A stretch of DNA of 64,000 nt. Origin: Octopus sinensis (Eukaryota). A program made the translations under genes and the position numbers. Location of the stretch: NCBI RefSeq assembly GCF_006345805.1, contig NC_043005.1, forward strand, positions 62,434,001-62,498,000, in the 5' to 3' direction. The notes under the pieces are model-generated. The model made no database searches. It saw only the letters and a list, made by a program, of their open reading frames with translations, and had not been told where the DNA came from. This document shows, piece by piece, positions 1-12,024 of the stretch; the stretch's first letter is position 1, and each line of letters starts with the position of its first letter.

Positions 1-115
1 GGTACCAGTTGAGTACTGGGGGGGGGGGGGTCAATGCAATCGACTTAGCCCCTCCACCGAAATTGCTGGCCTTGTGTCAAAATTTGAAATCATCATTATT
101 ATTATTATCATTATC
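1..115 (+). mobile_element. 3' part of tRNA-derived SINE (family B) with (ATT)n tail
   Basis: GTACCAGTTGAGTACTGGGG..TCAATGCAATCGACTT..GCTGGCCTTGTGTCAAAATTTGAAA plus (ATT)n matches the 3' half of the copies at 117, 43737 and 47077; the family GGGG is expanded to a 13-G run. Confidence 0.8.
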
Positions 116-116
116 A

Positions 117-327
117 AAAGGTTACGAGCTGGCAGAATCTTTAGTATGCTGGGCGAAATGCTTAGCAGTATTTCATCTATTGCTATGTTCTGAGTTCAAA
201 TTCCGCTGAAGTCCACTTTGCCTTTCATCCTTTCAGGGTCGATTAAATAAGTACCAGTTATTCACTGGGGTCGATGTAATCAAGTTAATTCCCTCCCCCA
301 AGCTGCCCTTGTGGCAAAAATTTGAAA

Positions 328-360
<33 letters not shown>
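117..360 (+). mobile_element. Full-length tRNA-derived SINE (family B)
   Basis: Pol III A-box-like TGGCAGAATC and B-box-like GAGTTCAAATTCC, body recurring elsewhere in the window, (ATT)n tail. Confidence 0.85.
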
Positions 361-361
<1 letters not shown>

Positions 362-1405
362 ACTTTGCCTTTTCTTTATACAAGCAACATCTAAGTCTCA
401 ACCAGAAACATGAAGGGACAATAAGATTTTGCATCTAAAGATGGTAACAGGTATGTAATTAAAAAAAAGATATCTGAGTGTAAAAAAAAAAAAACTAAAA
501 ATATCATCACCATCATTCTTATTGACTGGTAGTTGTTATTTCTACTTTCTGATTTGAAATAAACCACACTGGTATATATTGCTTTCGTCACTTCTAGATT
601 GATTACTTTCTATAAAATACTAGGATTAAGTAATACTACTACATTCTTTCTAATAAGTTAGCTTTGTTTTTGGCACAGCAAATTATTATTGTTGTTGTTA
701 ATTGTCACATAACCAACTTCTTAAGTAAACAGGTTTCATTTCCTGGTTTTGCATTCTGATCAAGCAGTACAGTTGTTTAAGGCATTTTTATTTATGGTTG
801 TCTTAGAAAAGATAGTATTATATAATTGTAGAACCAAAGTTACAATATAGTCACCAAATAAGAAATGTCAAATGACATACACCAGATACATTTTGGCCTG
901 TTGCAAATGTACAGATAACATTTGGGTGCTGAAGGCTTGTACAGTATACTTTTTCTTTAATCTTCTATTAGCTTTCAATACTTGCAAGATTCCACATGTC
1001 AAATGATAAAATAAAATGTGACAAAACACTGGGAAAAAAATAAGAAAATATCCTCAAAGCATTCAGTGAAAGTAGATAGTTACTAATTTCAGTTTGAATG
1101 AAATAGTTATTATATCTAGATGTTATTTCTCATCTCGGTTTCCTTTTATCCAATTGGTGTGGTTATTCTGTCTTCTTTATAATAGTGGTTTGGCTTCCTG
1201 TCAGTTTCTCTCCCAAATTGTGATTTGCTTGAATTTACTTGTCAGTTTGAATATCCTGTTTCCTTGTAGATAGAATTCTTAGATCCTAACAAAAGTGTAC
1301 GCGCACGCGCACACAGAGAATATATTAGTGATTAGGTATCAATTATTTCCATTAATTTATTTACAATTGAAACTATGAAAAGAGAATTTGTTTGTTGTTT
1401 TAAAT

Positions 1406-1665
1406 CAGTGGTTCACAAAGTGGGTGGCACTGCCCCTTTTGGGGGCAGTGGAAAGACCCAGGGGCATGTTGAAGAAAAGTGGAACAATAATGGGGTAGCT
1501 TAATTCAAGAACATTAAAAAAAATGTATTTTAACTTTAATACCTGATATTATATTGTCTGTAAGCAAAGAAAACTATTAATAACTATTTGATATGGACCC
1601 TAAGATTTGTTGTGAAGGGTAGATGAAAAATTTATTATCAGAAGTACGATTGAGAATTGTTTAAC
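1406..1665 (+). mobile_element. hAT (Charlie-like) MITE relic
   Basis: Starts CAGTGGTTCACAAAGTGGGTGG, resembling hAT CAGTGGTT(C/T)CCAA termini; right end is decayed and approximate. Confidence 0.45.
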
Positions 1666-2039
1666 AGTATAAGCTGAAAAGGATTCTTAGCCATGGCTGC
1701 TGAAGCTGGATTCTTTGTAACTACAGCTCATCATGCTGTGAGTATTGTCAATGAAATTGGTGTCTATTCTAACAGTCCTTGATCAGGACAGTGAGAAAAT
1801 TACTGAAAGGATGGACCAATTCAAGCAAATTAGCTAGTGAAGAAAATCTTTATAAGAGATGAATGCAATAACTATACTCAGAAGTAACGTTTATTGCCAC
1901 TTAAACATGGCTGTTCCATAGAAACTAATGTTACTGCTATTTTTAACCCCAGGAGGACGCCTCCTCTAGCAGGTTATTTGATGCAATCTGCACCTGATGT
2001 GGACCAATTCATTCACTGTCTATATTTTGAATGATATTT

Positions 2040-2530
2040 GACAATCACAAGCATATGGGTGCCACAGCCTAACATGTCTGGGTCTGTAGGTTGTGTTGCA
2101 TGGAAAAAATAGTACAGGTCTCGGAAAAATCAACATGCTTGCATTCAATTTTCTCAGGAGCATAAGAACTGGATGGTTTGTCAAAAATCTTGTGGAATGA
2201 GTAGCAATTAAATTTATTTGGCTCTGACAGATATTTGATGACAATGGTATGGTTGTTTTTTTTCCTTAATATGTCAGTGGTGCCGTTTCACTTTAAAACA
2301 AGAGTATAGAGATGATTTTGTGTTTATTTTTCATCATAAACTTAAGCATGATAGGAGCAATGTCCTGGTTTGGGGCTGCTAATCTTCTGTAAGTCCCAAA
2401 AATTTGGATCAGTTATGGGCTTTTCAGCATACTAGAGGAGTGATGAAGATAGTCATCAAAAGTAAGAAAGAATTTTAATCCAATACGGAAATAAATATGT
2501 AGTAAAATAAATCTGGTAAACTGAGTTAAT
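2040..2530 (+). pseudogene. Decayed, internally deleted Tc1 transposase
   Basis: Manual translation gives GCVAWKK*YRSRKNQHACIQFSQEHKNW, KILWNE*QLNLFGSD (cf. KVLWSDESKFNLFGSD), KHDRSNVLVWGC (cf. KHGGGSVMVWGC) and PKNLDQLW; stops and frameshifts present. Confidence 0.75.
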
Positions 2531-3047
2531 TGTATGATTATATGTGTAGTTAAAAAAATGGTAAGAAATTCCAGATTATGTGATCATCAAACATAGATGC
2601 AATGCTTTCTGGATGTGATTCTGTTTTCAAAAATTTCAGATACCTGACTGAGAACTAGTGTCCTGATTTTACTATTCTTGATCTTTAATGAACACTTCTC
2701 ATTTTTATGAATTTTAATGTTTTAAATAATGTGATTTTCATTTTCATGTTCCATTGATACTATCAATAATTGCATTAGGTTGTTTTAAACTTTTAGTGTC
2801 TAAAATTGTATCATTTAAAAAAGTCAAAATTTCTCTTTCTCTCCATATAGCATGAATTATAAGTGATGTAATACCTGAAATAATGGTTAATTTTTAGTGC
2901 ACACTTTGTCTTTGATTTTATCGACTCCAGTATTATATATATATATATACACACATATATATATATATATAGATAAACTTACTCGGAAAGGAATGCGTGG
3001 TGTTCAATCATATAATAATATAAATAAAGTGTATACATACATATATG

Positions 3048-3079
<32 letters not shown>

Positions 3080-3084
3080 TATAT

Positions 3085-3470
3085 ATATGCATACATGGGT
3101 ACAGGATGTCACAAAACGTAACCAACATGAAATATGAATATAAACTTGGGTATGGGAACAATGAGAGAAACAACTAGAAAACAAGACAAGTAACATCAGT
3201 CGTCGGTTGTCCATCTACTCCTCATTTTGAGCAATTAACGACAATATGAGGCTTCGAAAGTCAGTTGCTTTTGTGAACAAAAATAAAATTTGGGATTTGT
3301 GGAGGGTCAAAGTTGGTAACAAAAACAGGGCAGTGGAGGGATACAACAAACCAAATGTAAACAAGCATGGAGGGCCGTTAGGCCAGACGTGGAAAAGTAG
3401 TCAATGCTGGAGAAATATTGTCTTTGAGAGATGCCCTGTACTTTTATATGCATATATATATGTACCTAAA
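3085..3470. repeat. Probable interspersed repeat between (TA)n tracts, family unassigned
   Basis: Complex block bounded by TA microsatellites, same context as the Penelope-like pieces at 30053 and 61040; no second copy in the window. Confidence 0.3.
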
Positions 3471-3510
3471 TATATATGTATATATATGTGACATATATAT
3501 GTATATATAT

Positions 3511-3890
3511 AGGCGCAGGAGTGGCTGTGTGGTAAGTAGCTTGCTTACAAACCACATGGTTCCGAGTTCAGTCTCACTGCGTGGTACTTTGGGTAAATGT
3601 CTTCTAATAGCCTCAGGTTGACCAAAGCCTTGTGAGTGGATTTAGTGGATGGAAACTGAAAGAAGCCCGTCATGTATATGTATATGTATCTATATATGTG
3701 TGTGTGTTTGTGTTTGTTCCCCCCCCAACATCGCTTCACAACTGATGCTGGTGTGTTTACGTCCCCGTAACTTAGCAGTTCGGCAAAAGAGACCAACAGA
3801 ATAAATACTAGGCTTACAAAGAATCAAGTCCTGGGGTCGATTTCTTCGACTAAAGTCAAATGACTGAAACAAGTAAAAGAGTAAAGAGAG
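3511..3890 (+). mobile_element. tRNA-derived SINE (family A) with internal (TA)/(TG) microsatellite
   Basis: Head AGGCGCAGGAGTGGCTGTGTGG (A box) ..GAGTTCAGTCTC (B box-like), tail GAAACAAGTAAAAGAG; colinear with copies at 15676 and 58090; lacks the GGCGGTGCTCCAGCATGGCCGC segment. Confidence 0.9.
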
Positions 3891-5259
3891 AGTATATATA
3901 TATATATACAGATATATATACATATATTTATACACACACACATGCATAATTGTCCTTTGGTATACCTGCTAGATAAGGTTCTGCAAGTCATTGTAATTAG
4001 TGAAAATGTGTAAAAGAAGGGAGTTACAATTTCTATTGATCTTATCCACTAAAATAACAGCAAAATTTGAACAATTATTTATTGACAAGTGATAAAAATA
4101 TGATTGTAATACATACCTACATCCATACATACATACATACATATACATACATATGTACATAATATATATGTATACATACATATATAATACAAGTATATAC
4201 ATATACACATACACACACATAATACATACATACATGTACACACACATGTGTGTGTATGCATGTATTCATGCTCATGCTGGCATCAGTGTAAGAAGCATTT
4301 TGCTGTTCATGTGGTGTCACTGTGTCCCATAACAAATGACTTGACAAAAAGAAATCGATTAAATGAGTACAAGCCTGGAATAAGTAATGTAGTTGATATC
4401 ATTGGCTTAAGCCATTCAGAACTAATGTAGGCAAAATAGTCTTCCAGCATGCATTTATGTACGATGTGTGTTTTGATCTTATTGAGAGATCCTATATTAG
4501 CACTCATATTTCCTTTGATTCCTTTAATGGTTCCAGTAATTGTTTTGCAGTTTTTACCAAACCTTTTCTACTTTGAAGTGAATTTAATATTGTAATTTCC
4601 ATTTTTTTGTTTTCTATCTGAAACTATTATTCAATCTTGAAAATATTTAACAAAATATAAGAAAATAACTGACAGGTACTACTGTAGCGCATAGTCTAGC
4701 TCACTCTCAGTCAATTAAAATGGAAGCAAAAATGAAAGGAAAATGAAAAACCAATATGGAAATGCATGGTATTTTGGCTGATATACCTAAATAAAAAGAA
4801 GAAAAAGCCCAAAGTGAAAAAAACAAAACTGTGCAAACTGAGGGACAGTTGTGTGTGAACGTGTGTGGTATGTGTAAGTATGTGCATATATATGTGTGTG
4901 TGTTATGTATGTATATATATATATATTGATATTTTGCTTAGGTATAGCAAGACTAATAACCTGGTGTAGAACTCAATATACACATGGTCCAAAACACAAT
5001 GTATATAGACACACACATATACATAAAGAAAGAGAGAGAGAGAGAGAATATAGAGTGGTAAAAGGAACAAAAAGGGACTCAACTAACAGTTAACAACATT
5101 TTATAGCAGAAATAGTTGTAAGCTATGAAGTCCGTTACATAACTTTTGTTTTTTCTGGTATCATTCTTTTGTTCTTATTACCACTTTATAATCATTTCTC
5201 TCTCTCTCTCTTTCTATCTCTCCCTCCCCCCTCTCTCTCTCTCTATATATATATATATT

Positions 5260-5644
5260 ATCTTTTATTTTTACTTGTTTCAGTCATTTGACTGTGGTCT
5301 TGTTGCGTCATTGCTTTGAAGGGTCTTAGTTAAAGAAATCAACCTCATGACATTTTTTTTAAAGCCTATTACTTATTCTAGCAGCAAATTTATCGAAGTG
5401 CTAAGTTACAGGGATGTAAACACACCAACACCAGTTGTCAAGCAGTAGTGAGGGGATAAACACAGACACACACATATATATGACAGGCTTCTTTCAGTTT
5501 CTGTCAACCTATTCCACTGACAAGGCTTTGGTTGACCCAAGACTACAGCAGAAGACACTTACCCAAGGTGCTATGCTGTGGGACTGAATCTGGCACCATG
5601 TGGTTGGGAAGCAAGTCTCTTACCATACAGCCACACTTGTGCCT
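5260..5644 (-). mobile_element. SINE family A, diverged
   Basis: Reverse complement of the family A head, core, microsatellite and tail. Confidence 0.85.
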
Positions 5645-6965
5645 ATATATATATATATATATATATGTCTGTATGTATGCATGTATGTATATGTGTGTGT
5701 GTGTATGTAGATATGCGGAGAGAGAGAAAGAAAGGAGGAGAGAGAATAAGAATTGTCAAAATGGTATATAATTGTCACAGACATCTAGTGCTCAGACAAG
5801 ACTAGATGCATAGGATCTAATGATAAATGAAGAGAAACGGAATCCAGACAAACAAGAGTTAGCAATATGTTTTGATGCCATTAACAACTGTCTATCCATT
5901 TTTTAATGTTTAATTTATATGAATTAAATCAAATAATGCTCTAATTATAAGTAAAACTATTATTTTCTTGTATTAAAGAAAATAATGTCTGCTAACCATA
6001 CTGTTTAAAAAAAGGTGATTGAGTTATATGAAATATCTATTAAGAGTTTCCCTAACATTGGCATGTCTTTTAAAACTGAGGAAATTTACTGAAATATCTT
6101 TATGTTCTGCTTTGTCATTTCCTTATCCATGGTGCTATCACTGTTGCCATCCACATTGTCATTGTCATCATCAGGCAGGATGATGAAATGACAGAAGCAA
6201 CAATCATCGGATTAATTGCCTTATAATATTTGGTTTCCTTCCTCTATATCCTGAATTCAAACTAATGAGAATAAAAATAGTTTTTACAAATGTTCTTAGA
6301 TAATCATATCTGACTGTAGCCATTTATGACCTTCAGCATACGTTCAACTATGATCACCATCTACAACAGTACTCTGTTCCCATTGGCACAATTGTTTTGA
6401 CAATTTTGTTAATTTCGGCTGGACATTTCATACTATCTACAGTTAACCAATTTAACAGGCAGTAGTCAAGGACCTAGTATACAATGTTGAACACATACTC
6501 TTAAAATCAAGAGACTAGAAGTCAACTACACAATTACCACCAAACATTTATAATATACTCGACTACAAGAAAACTCCAAATAGGAAACTTCCAAGATGTA
6601 AATCTCAAGAAGAATACTCTATTAAAAAAATCACTTGAAAGGCATATTAGATGAAAACCATGCCTTTTTTGATGGAGATAATGTGGTTACAAGATCAATC
6701 TAAATCAATAATCAATCACAGAATGGGGACATGGGGTGTTAGCCAAATTCTTACATTGGGAGAATAAATTCATATGATTTACTCTACCAAAGAACATGTA
6801 AGATTAATGAGCTTGTATTTAGCCACAAAGTCATCAAGGAATTTATTGCTTAGGTTAGTCATGCTAGCCAGCCATTATCATGAATATTACAGCTAGCAGA
6901 ATGAAGAAAACAGCCTCATTGTGATCTACTATTTCGAAATGTTTTAGCTGCCTAATTAAAGTAAT

Positions 6966-7169
6966 TTAACCCTCTGTCAAATATAATAATTTACACTGTT
7001 TTTGATTAATCGTGCATTACCTCATAGTTTCAAAATTTTGATGATGAGGTTGTTTATTTTTGGAATGACATTGTCAGATAGGTGTAAGAGGCCAAATCCG
7101 ACCAGTTTGAACATAAAACAGGTAGAATATTTGGGCTGGATATAGTTGGTTTAAATACTAAAAGATTAA
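6966..7169. mobile_element. piggyBac-like MITE
   Basis: TTAA-CCCT left end and decayed AAAGA-TTAA right end; related in reverse orientation to 15475-16140. Confidence 0.55.
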
Positions 7170-7429
7170 CAAGCAAAAAGAAGAAAACAGTGAAGTAATG
7201 TTAGTAATAATGGTACAACCACTTGGAGTTAACCTATTGTTTGAAAGTTATACTGAGGAAGATATTTCAAAATATGAAGATTTCTTAGGCATTTTGATCC
7301 TATCATCTAAACCTGTTAATTAGTATGGTGAAATTTATAAGTCATAATCTTTTAGAATAAGTAATCATATGATTTCAATATGATTCATAACAATATGCCT
7401 TGACTGCACATTCATAGTAGAAAACCAGT

Positions 7430-7935
7430 TTTCAGCATGATCTTCAAACTTTGGGTTTCACAGAGGCAATGATTTGTGACTGAAACCTTTGTCAATATGC
7501 TGTGCATGAGGGGACTGGTCAGGTCAAGTGAAATCATAATCGAAGCTGATGCTGGCATCACATAACTGGCACTCATGCTGGTGGAATGTAAAAAGCATCT
7601 TTTGAGTGTTGGGCCTCACGGAGGCAATGACGACTGACTGAGACTTTTGGCATTATGTTGTGCTTGAGAAGAAGACCCATCAAGCCAAGTAAAATCACAG
7701 TCACATTAGATACTGGTGTCATGCAAATGGCTCCTATGCTGGTGGCATGTAAAAATACCCATTACACTCTCAGAATTGTTGGTGTTAGGAAGGGCAACCA
7801 GCTGTAGAAACCATGCCAAATCAGATTGGGGTCTGGTGCAGCCTTCCAGCTTGCCAGCCCTGGTTAAACCATCCAACCCATGCCAACATGGACAACTGAT
7901 GTTAAATGATGATAATGATGATGATGATGATGATT
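7430..7935 (+). mobile_element. RTE LINE 3'-end-derived element (family C) with about 170-bp tandem duplication and (GAT)n tail
   Basis: Two diverged copies of GG..TCAC(A/G)GAGGCAATGA..GACTGA(A/G)AC..ATGCTGGTGG(A/C)ATGTAAAAA, then TGTTAGGAAGGGCAACCAGCTGTAGAAA..CCAACCCATGCCAACATGG..TTAAATGATGAT. Confidence 0.7.
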
Positions 7936-8497
7936 GTCAAATGTTAAGGTGATTGCAGATGAATGTTACTATGAATCTGTGATATCTATAATTCTACTAG
8001 CTGGCACCATGCCATAAAAAATGATGGCTAATTGTAGTATCTTATAAATAAATAATTTACAAAACAAGGTACATAATAATCACAGATACAAACATTCACA
8101 TACTTCCCTTGTACATGCACACACATATATTCAAACAGAGTTGAAATGCTGTTTGATTTTTCTTTTCAGTGTTGAATGTTCACCATCCCATTTCCATTGC
8201 ACACACACACACACAAACATCCACATACCTTCCTTTTACATACACACACGTATACTCACACAGAGTTGAAATGCTAATTTTTTTCACCCATTCCTTCATC
8301 ATTCATCTATCACCCCTTCCTTTCTCATTCATGTGATGGAGAAAAACAGAAGATGCATGACATGCTCTTTGCCACTTCCTTTCTCTCACTCTTTCTTAGT
8401 CAGGGCTATTACTCTTCCTACTTCTCCTTCACTGAATTACTATTTTCTCTCCTCTCCCTTCACTTACACCACTATTTCTCCTGCTCCATGATTTTGG

Positions 8498-8537
<40 letters not shown>

Positions 8538-9084
8538 CCACAAATATATAAAAACACTACGCTCATTATCATATTAGGAGATCATTTATACAATTATCTG
8601 CTATTTAAGGAAAAAAGAAACCAAATGAATATAAAGCAGTTAAGTAATATTATTAGTGATTTGTGATGTTAAAAAGGATAACCATTAATAAATTAGTTTG
8701 AATTTATCCATCATATATTTTGTTCTCTTTGCTTCCTGTAGTTAGTTTTAGCTATGAAGTCAAAGTTATTGAATAGATCAAATCTTCTCAGACCTGAGTC
8801 TCTGTGTCTAACTTTATTCTCCATCTGAGCTCCTGAGCAAAAAAATTATTAGTTTTGTACACAGCTCAAGAATAATGACTGCTAATGGGCAGAATAAAAC
8901 TAACAAGCAGAATGAAAAACTAATGGGCAGAATAAAAACAAAAATTCAAGGGGAATAACAATAATAGATTTACCTCTTGACTACTGTATTTGTAAGGCAA
9001 ACTAACGGACGGAATCACAAAAAAATTCAGGAGTAAAACAATAATAGGCTTATCACTTGATTACCATATTTTTTCACCCAAATA

Positions 9085-9215
9085 ACTACTTTCCTCATCA
9101 CTTTCACCAGTTTGATTGTCTGAATCACTCTCATTGTCTGCACAAGAGTAAACTTGTCATCCAAAAAATAAATATCCTCAATAATTTTCTCGACTGTAAA
9201 GAGTTTAGGCCTTGC
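9085..9215 (-). pseudogene. Possible piggyBac-like transposase N-terminal relic (acidic)
   Basis: Minus-strand pieces read ARPKLFTVEKIIEDIYFLD and DNESDSDNQTGESDEESSY; no catalytic region found, so weak. Confidence 0.25.
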
Positions 9216-10175
9216 TCATTTACCAGATGAAATGTTGGGCTCATCACATGCTTGTTTCATCACAGAAAACCCATTTGTTTTTCGATCAACAACGAAAGCA
9301 ACCATCAATATGACACACCATTAACAATGAGTTATAAACACACTTGCCTACAAAGCTACAATATGATCGCTTATCTATTTTTAGTATTTTATCTTCATTT
9401 TCCACATGTGCTGTTCCTTACTACTTCAACGGAAATCCGGTAGAGATTACATTTAGGCTATTCTCACTATACTGAGACTACAACACAATAGGGTTAAGAT
9501 ATTTACCTAAACAATAATGACATGATGTCAATGATAATAATAGTAGCCTTAGTAGGTTTTAATTTTCTCTCCAAATATAAAGGTAGCTGATTATATTTTC
9601 TGTTAGTTCTTTCTATATGCTTCTTTATGAGACTCCTCTATCAATTTTATAGCTATGCATTTTTATTTCCTTGGCAACTGGATTTGCATTTGTGAATAAC
9701 TCTTGACAGCTTTGTATTCAGCCATGAAGTTAGCATGCTTTTACTTCATATTCTTGTTATGTATTCAGGGAAATATTAATACACCATTCTTAGCAAGAAC
9801 TTTATATTATATCAAATCGTTTGCAATCATGAATTAACATCATATTAAAATAACCCATTTTCCTCCATAATCGAGGAAAACTTTGCTGGAATTTAATATA
9901 GACAACGGAAATAAAAGGCTTAGACTGAAAAAAAAAAGCAAATAGCAATAACAATTTTTTAAGGATATATGAAAACTTCTTATATTCAAGCCTTTGTAAA
10001 AAATGTAAAATGGTTCAAATGCGTATCATAAATTGCTGGTAGATTATATTTAACATGGACCCAATGAAAATAGTAAGTAATTAATATCACTGCATTATGT
10101 AGTACAGCATTCATTTTCTTAAATTTCTATTAACAAAATTTCCCTGTATAATTTTAGATTTTAAATGATCTAAAG

Positions 10176-10295
10176 CAGTGGTTTCTAACCTGGTGGTCCA
10201 CAAAGGTAGCACTGGGGTCTGTGAACTAAATTCAAAATTATATATGATATTATTATTTAAAGGTCACAATACATGTATTAAAACTAATAGTTTCA
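10176..10295 (+). mobile_element. hAT-like MITE 5' end, interrupted by a SINE
   Basis: TCTAAAG (Charlie-type target-like) followed by CAGTGGTTTCTAACCTGGTGGTCC. Confidence 0.45.
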
Positions 10296-10298
10296 TAT

Positions 10299-10531
10299 AC
10301 TCTTTACTCTCTCTTTTACTCTTTTACTTGTTTCAGTTATTTGACTGCGGCCATGCTGGAGCACTGCCTTTAGTCGAGCAAATCGACCCCGGGTCTTATT
10401 CTTTGTAAGTCTAGTACTTATTCTATCGGTCTCTTTTGCCGAACTGCTAAGTTACGAGGGCGTAAACACACCAGCATCGGTTGTCAAGTAATGTTGGAGG
10501 GATAAACAGACACACAAACATACACAAACAT

Positions 10532-10560
<29 letters not shown>
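10299..10560 (-). mobile_element. SINE family A, 3' half only (ends in the internal microsatellite)
   Basis: Close reverse-complement match to the 3' half of the 15676 copy. Confidence 0.9.
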
Positions 10561-10563
<3 letters not shown>

Positions 10564-10600
10564 TCCGTTATTACCATATCGGTAAGTATTTCTGCTGCAT

Positions 10601-10661
10601 TTATCACTGACGAAGAGAAGGTTTTTATGAATTAACTCTGAAATCGGGTTCGATATGGTAA
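10601..10661 (+). ncRNA. Type I hammerhead ribozyme motif (probably Penelope-like-element derived)
   Basis: Stem I TTATCA 10601-06 / TGGTAA 10656-61 (one G-U); core CTGACGA 10607-13; stem II AGAG 10614-17 / CTCT 10636-39; GAAA 10640-43; stem III TCG-GGTT-CGA 10644-53; U16.1 at 10654, H17 = A10655 (AUA triplet). Confidence 0.7.
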
Positions 10662-11332
10662 TAACGTGTGCTTATAGTGATGAATTATACATTCGCCTAG
10701 AAATTCTTCAACGAGGTGCCCCAGCATGGCTGCAGTCTGATGACTGAATCAAGTAAAAGTTAAAAGATAAGGAATATTGCTGGAACATTCCCATCAACAC
10801 TTATACCAGGATGACAACCTGGATATAGTTGCTTGGGAAAGATAAAATAATGTATGAACCATCATAAAAGTCACCTACCCTGCTAATGTAAAGATGTCTT
10901 TGAAAATCAAAGAAAAAAAAGATAGCCATAGGTAACTGCTTCAAAGCCATCATAATCTTTACTTAGATTATAAATTCACATCTATACAAATAATAATTGG
11001 TGCACTTGGTTTTATTACTAAATGTGTTAGTGACAATTTGAGAGAGCTAAGGTTTCCAGAAAAGTTAGGGTTTTCAGAAAACCAGCCAATATACACCGAA
11101 CACAGTCTGTAATTGGAGCAGTCAAAAGATGCAAAACTTTTCTCAAGTTAAAAATGTGACATTGATTTTGTTATCTAGATTGCAACAATGGAGCTTTGTG
11201 TCTCTATTAGAAACCAGCACCTTCCTTATAGGAAGACTTCAAATGATTAATTAACACAAAAGAGAGCATACATGCATGCTTACACAAGCATACATTACAT
11301 ACGTACGTACGTATGTATGTATGTATGTATGT

Positions 11333-11880
11333 CAGGTTACCTTTGAGTGCTACTGGTAACATGTAACCCAGTACAACCTGCTGCATGGTCGGGTCATTGG
11401 TGACTAAACCGGCAACCCCACCAAGCTTGCTTGGTGAGGAGGGTGTTTGTTGGACACCCTGTGGGATGAAAAACAGAACCCGTCAAAGGGCGGAGGAACT
11501 CTTGAGAGTCAACGGCCATCCAATAAATGTCTTAAGACTATATCATGCACAGGAACATAGAAATAATTGGACTGAATACCCGATTGCGCGGTTAAACCAT
11601 TGGGAGTGAAGGATTCCTAGCCTTTGTTAGGGCATCCTTCTAGGAGAAGGTAACTCGGGTAACTGGGATAACTCCAACATAAAACCTGCGGCTCAGTGGT
11701 TACCAATGATGTTGACTTGTTCTTCTTTTCGGATTATGGCTACTGTTGCTTAGTGAGTGGGATTGACTCAGTGCACAGCCTTTCCTCACTTAAAAAAATC
11801 TTCTTGCACAGGCATTGCATGATAACAACATTGATTAAGCTTCATCCAATGGCCATACTCGATAACGAGGGGGCAGCCAC
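11333..11880 (+). mobile_element. Non-autonomous RTE-like element (structured 5'UTR-like leader, no ORF) in an (ATGT)n tract
   Basis: Balanced-GC block flanked by TATG repeats; hairpins CACCAAGC-TT-GCTTGGTG, AGGGTGT..ACACCCT and CCTTCT-AGG-AGAAGG; the TAGGAGAAGGTAACTC..AAACC motif resembles RTE 5'UTRs (from recall). Confidence 0.5.
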
Positions 11881-11961
11881 CATGTATGTATGCACGTACG
11901 TATACATGCATGTATATGTATATATATATATGTATGTACAGATAATGTATATACATATGTG

Positions 11962-12024
<63 letters not shown>

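Noticed and set aside
3245-3282. Very decayed minus-strand hammerhead-like motif
   Set aside because: At least three core mismatches (TTCACAA, GAAG); not distinguishable from chance
6300-6640. Possible LINE endonuclease relic
   Set aside because: Only a faint LISAGHF (cf. GDFN) resemblance; not supportable
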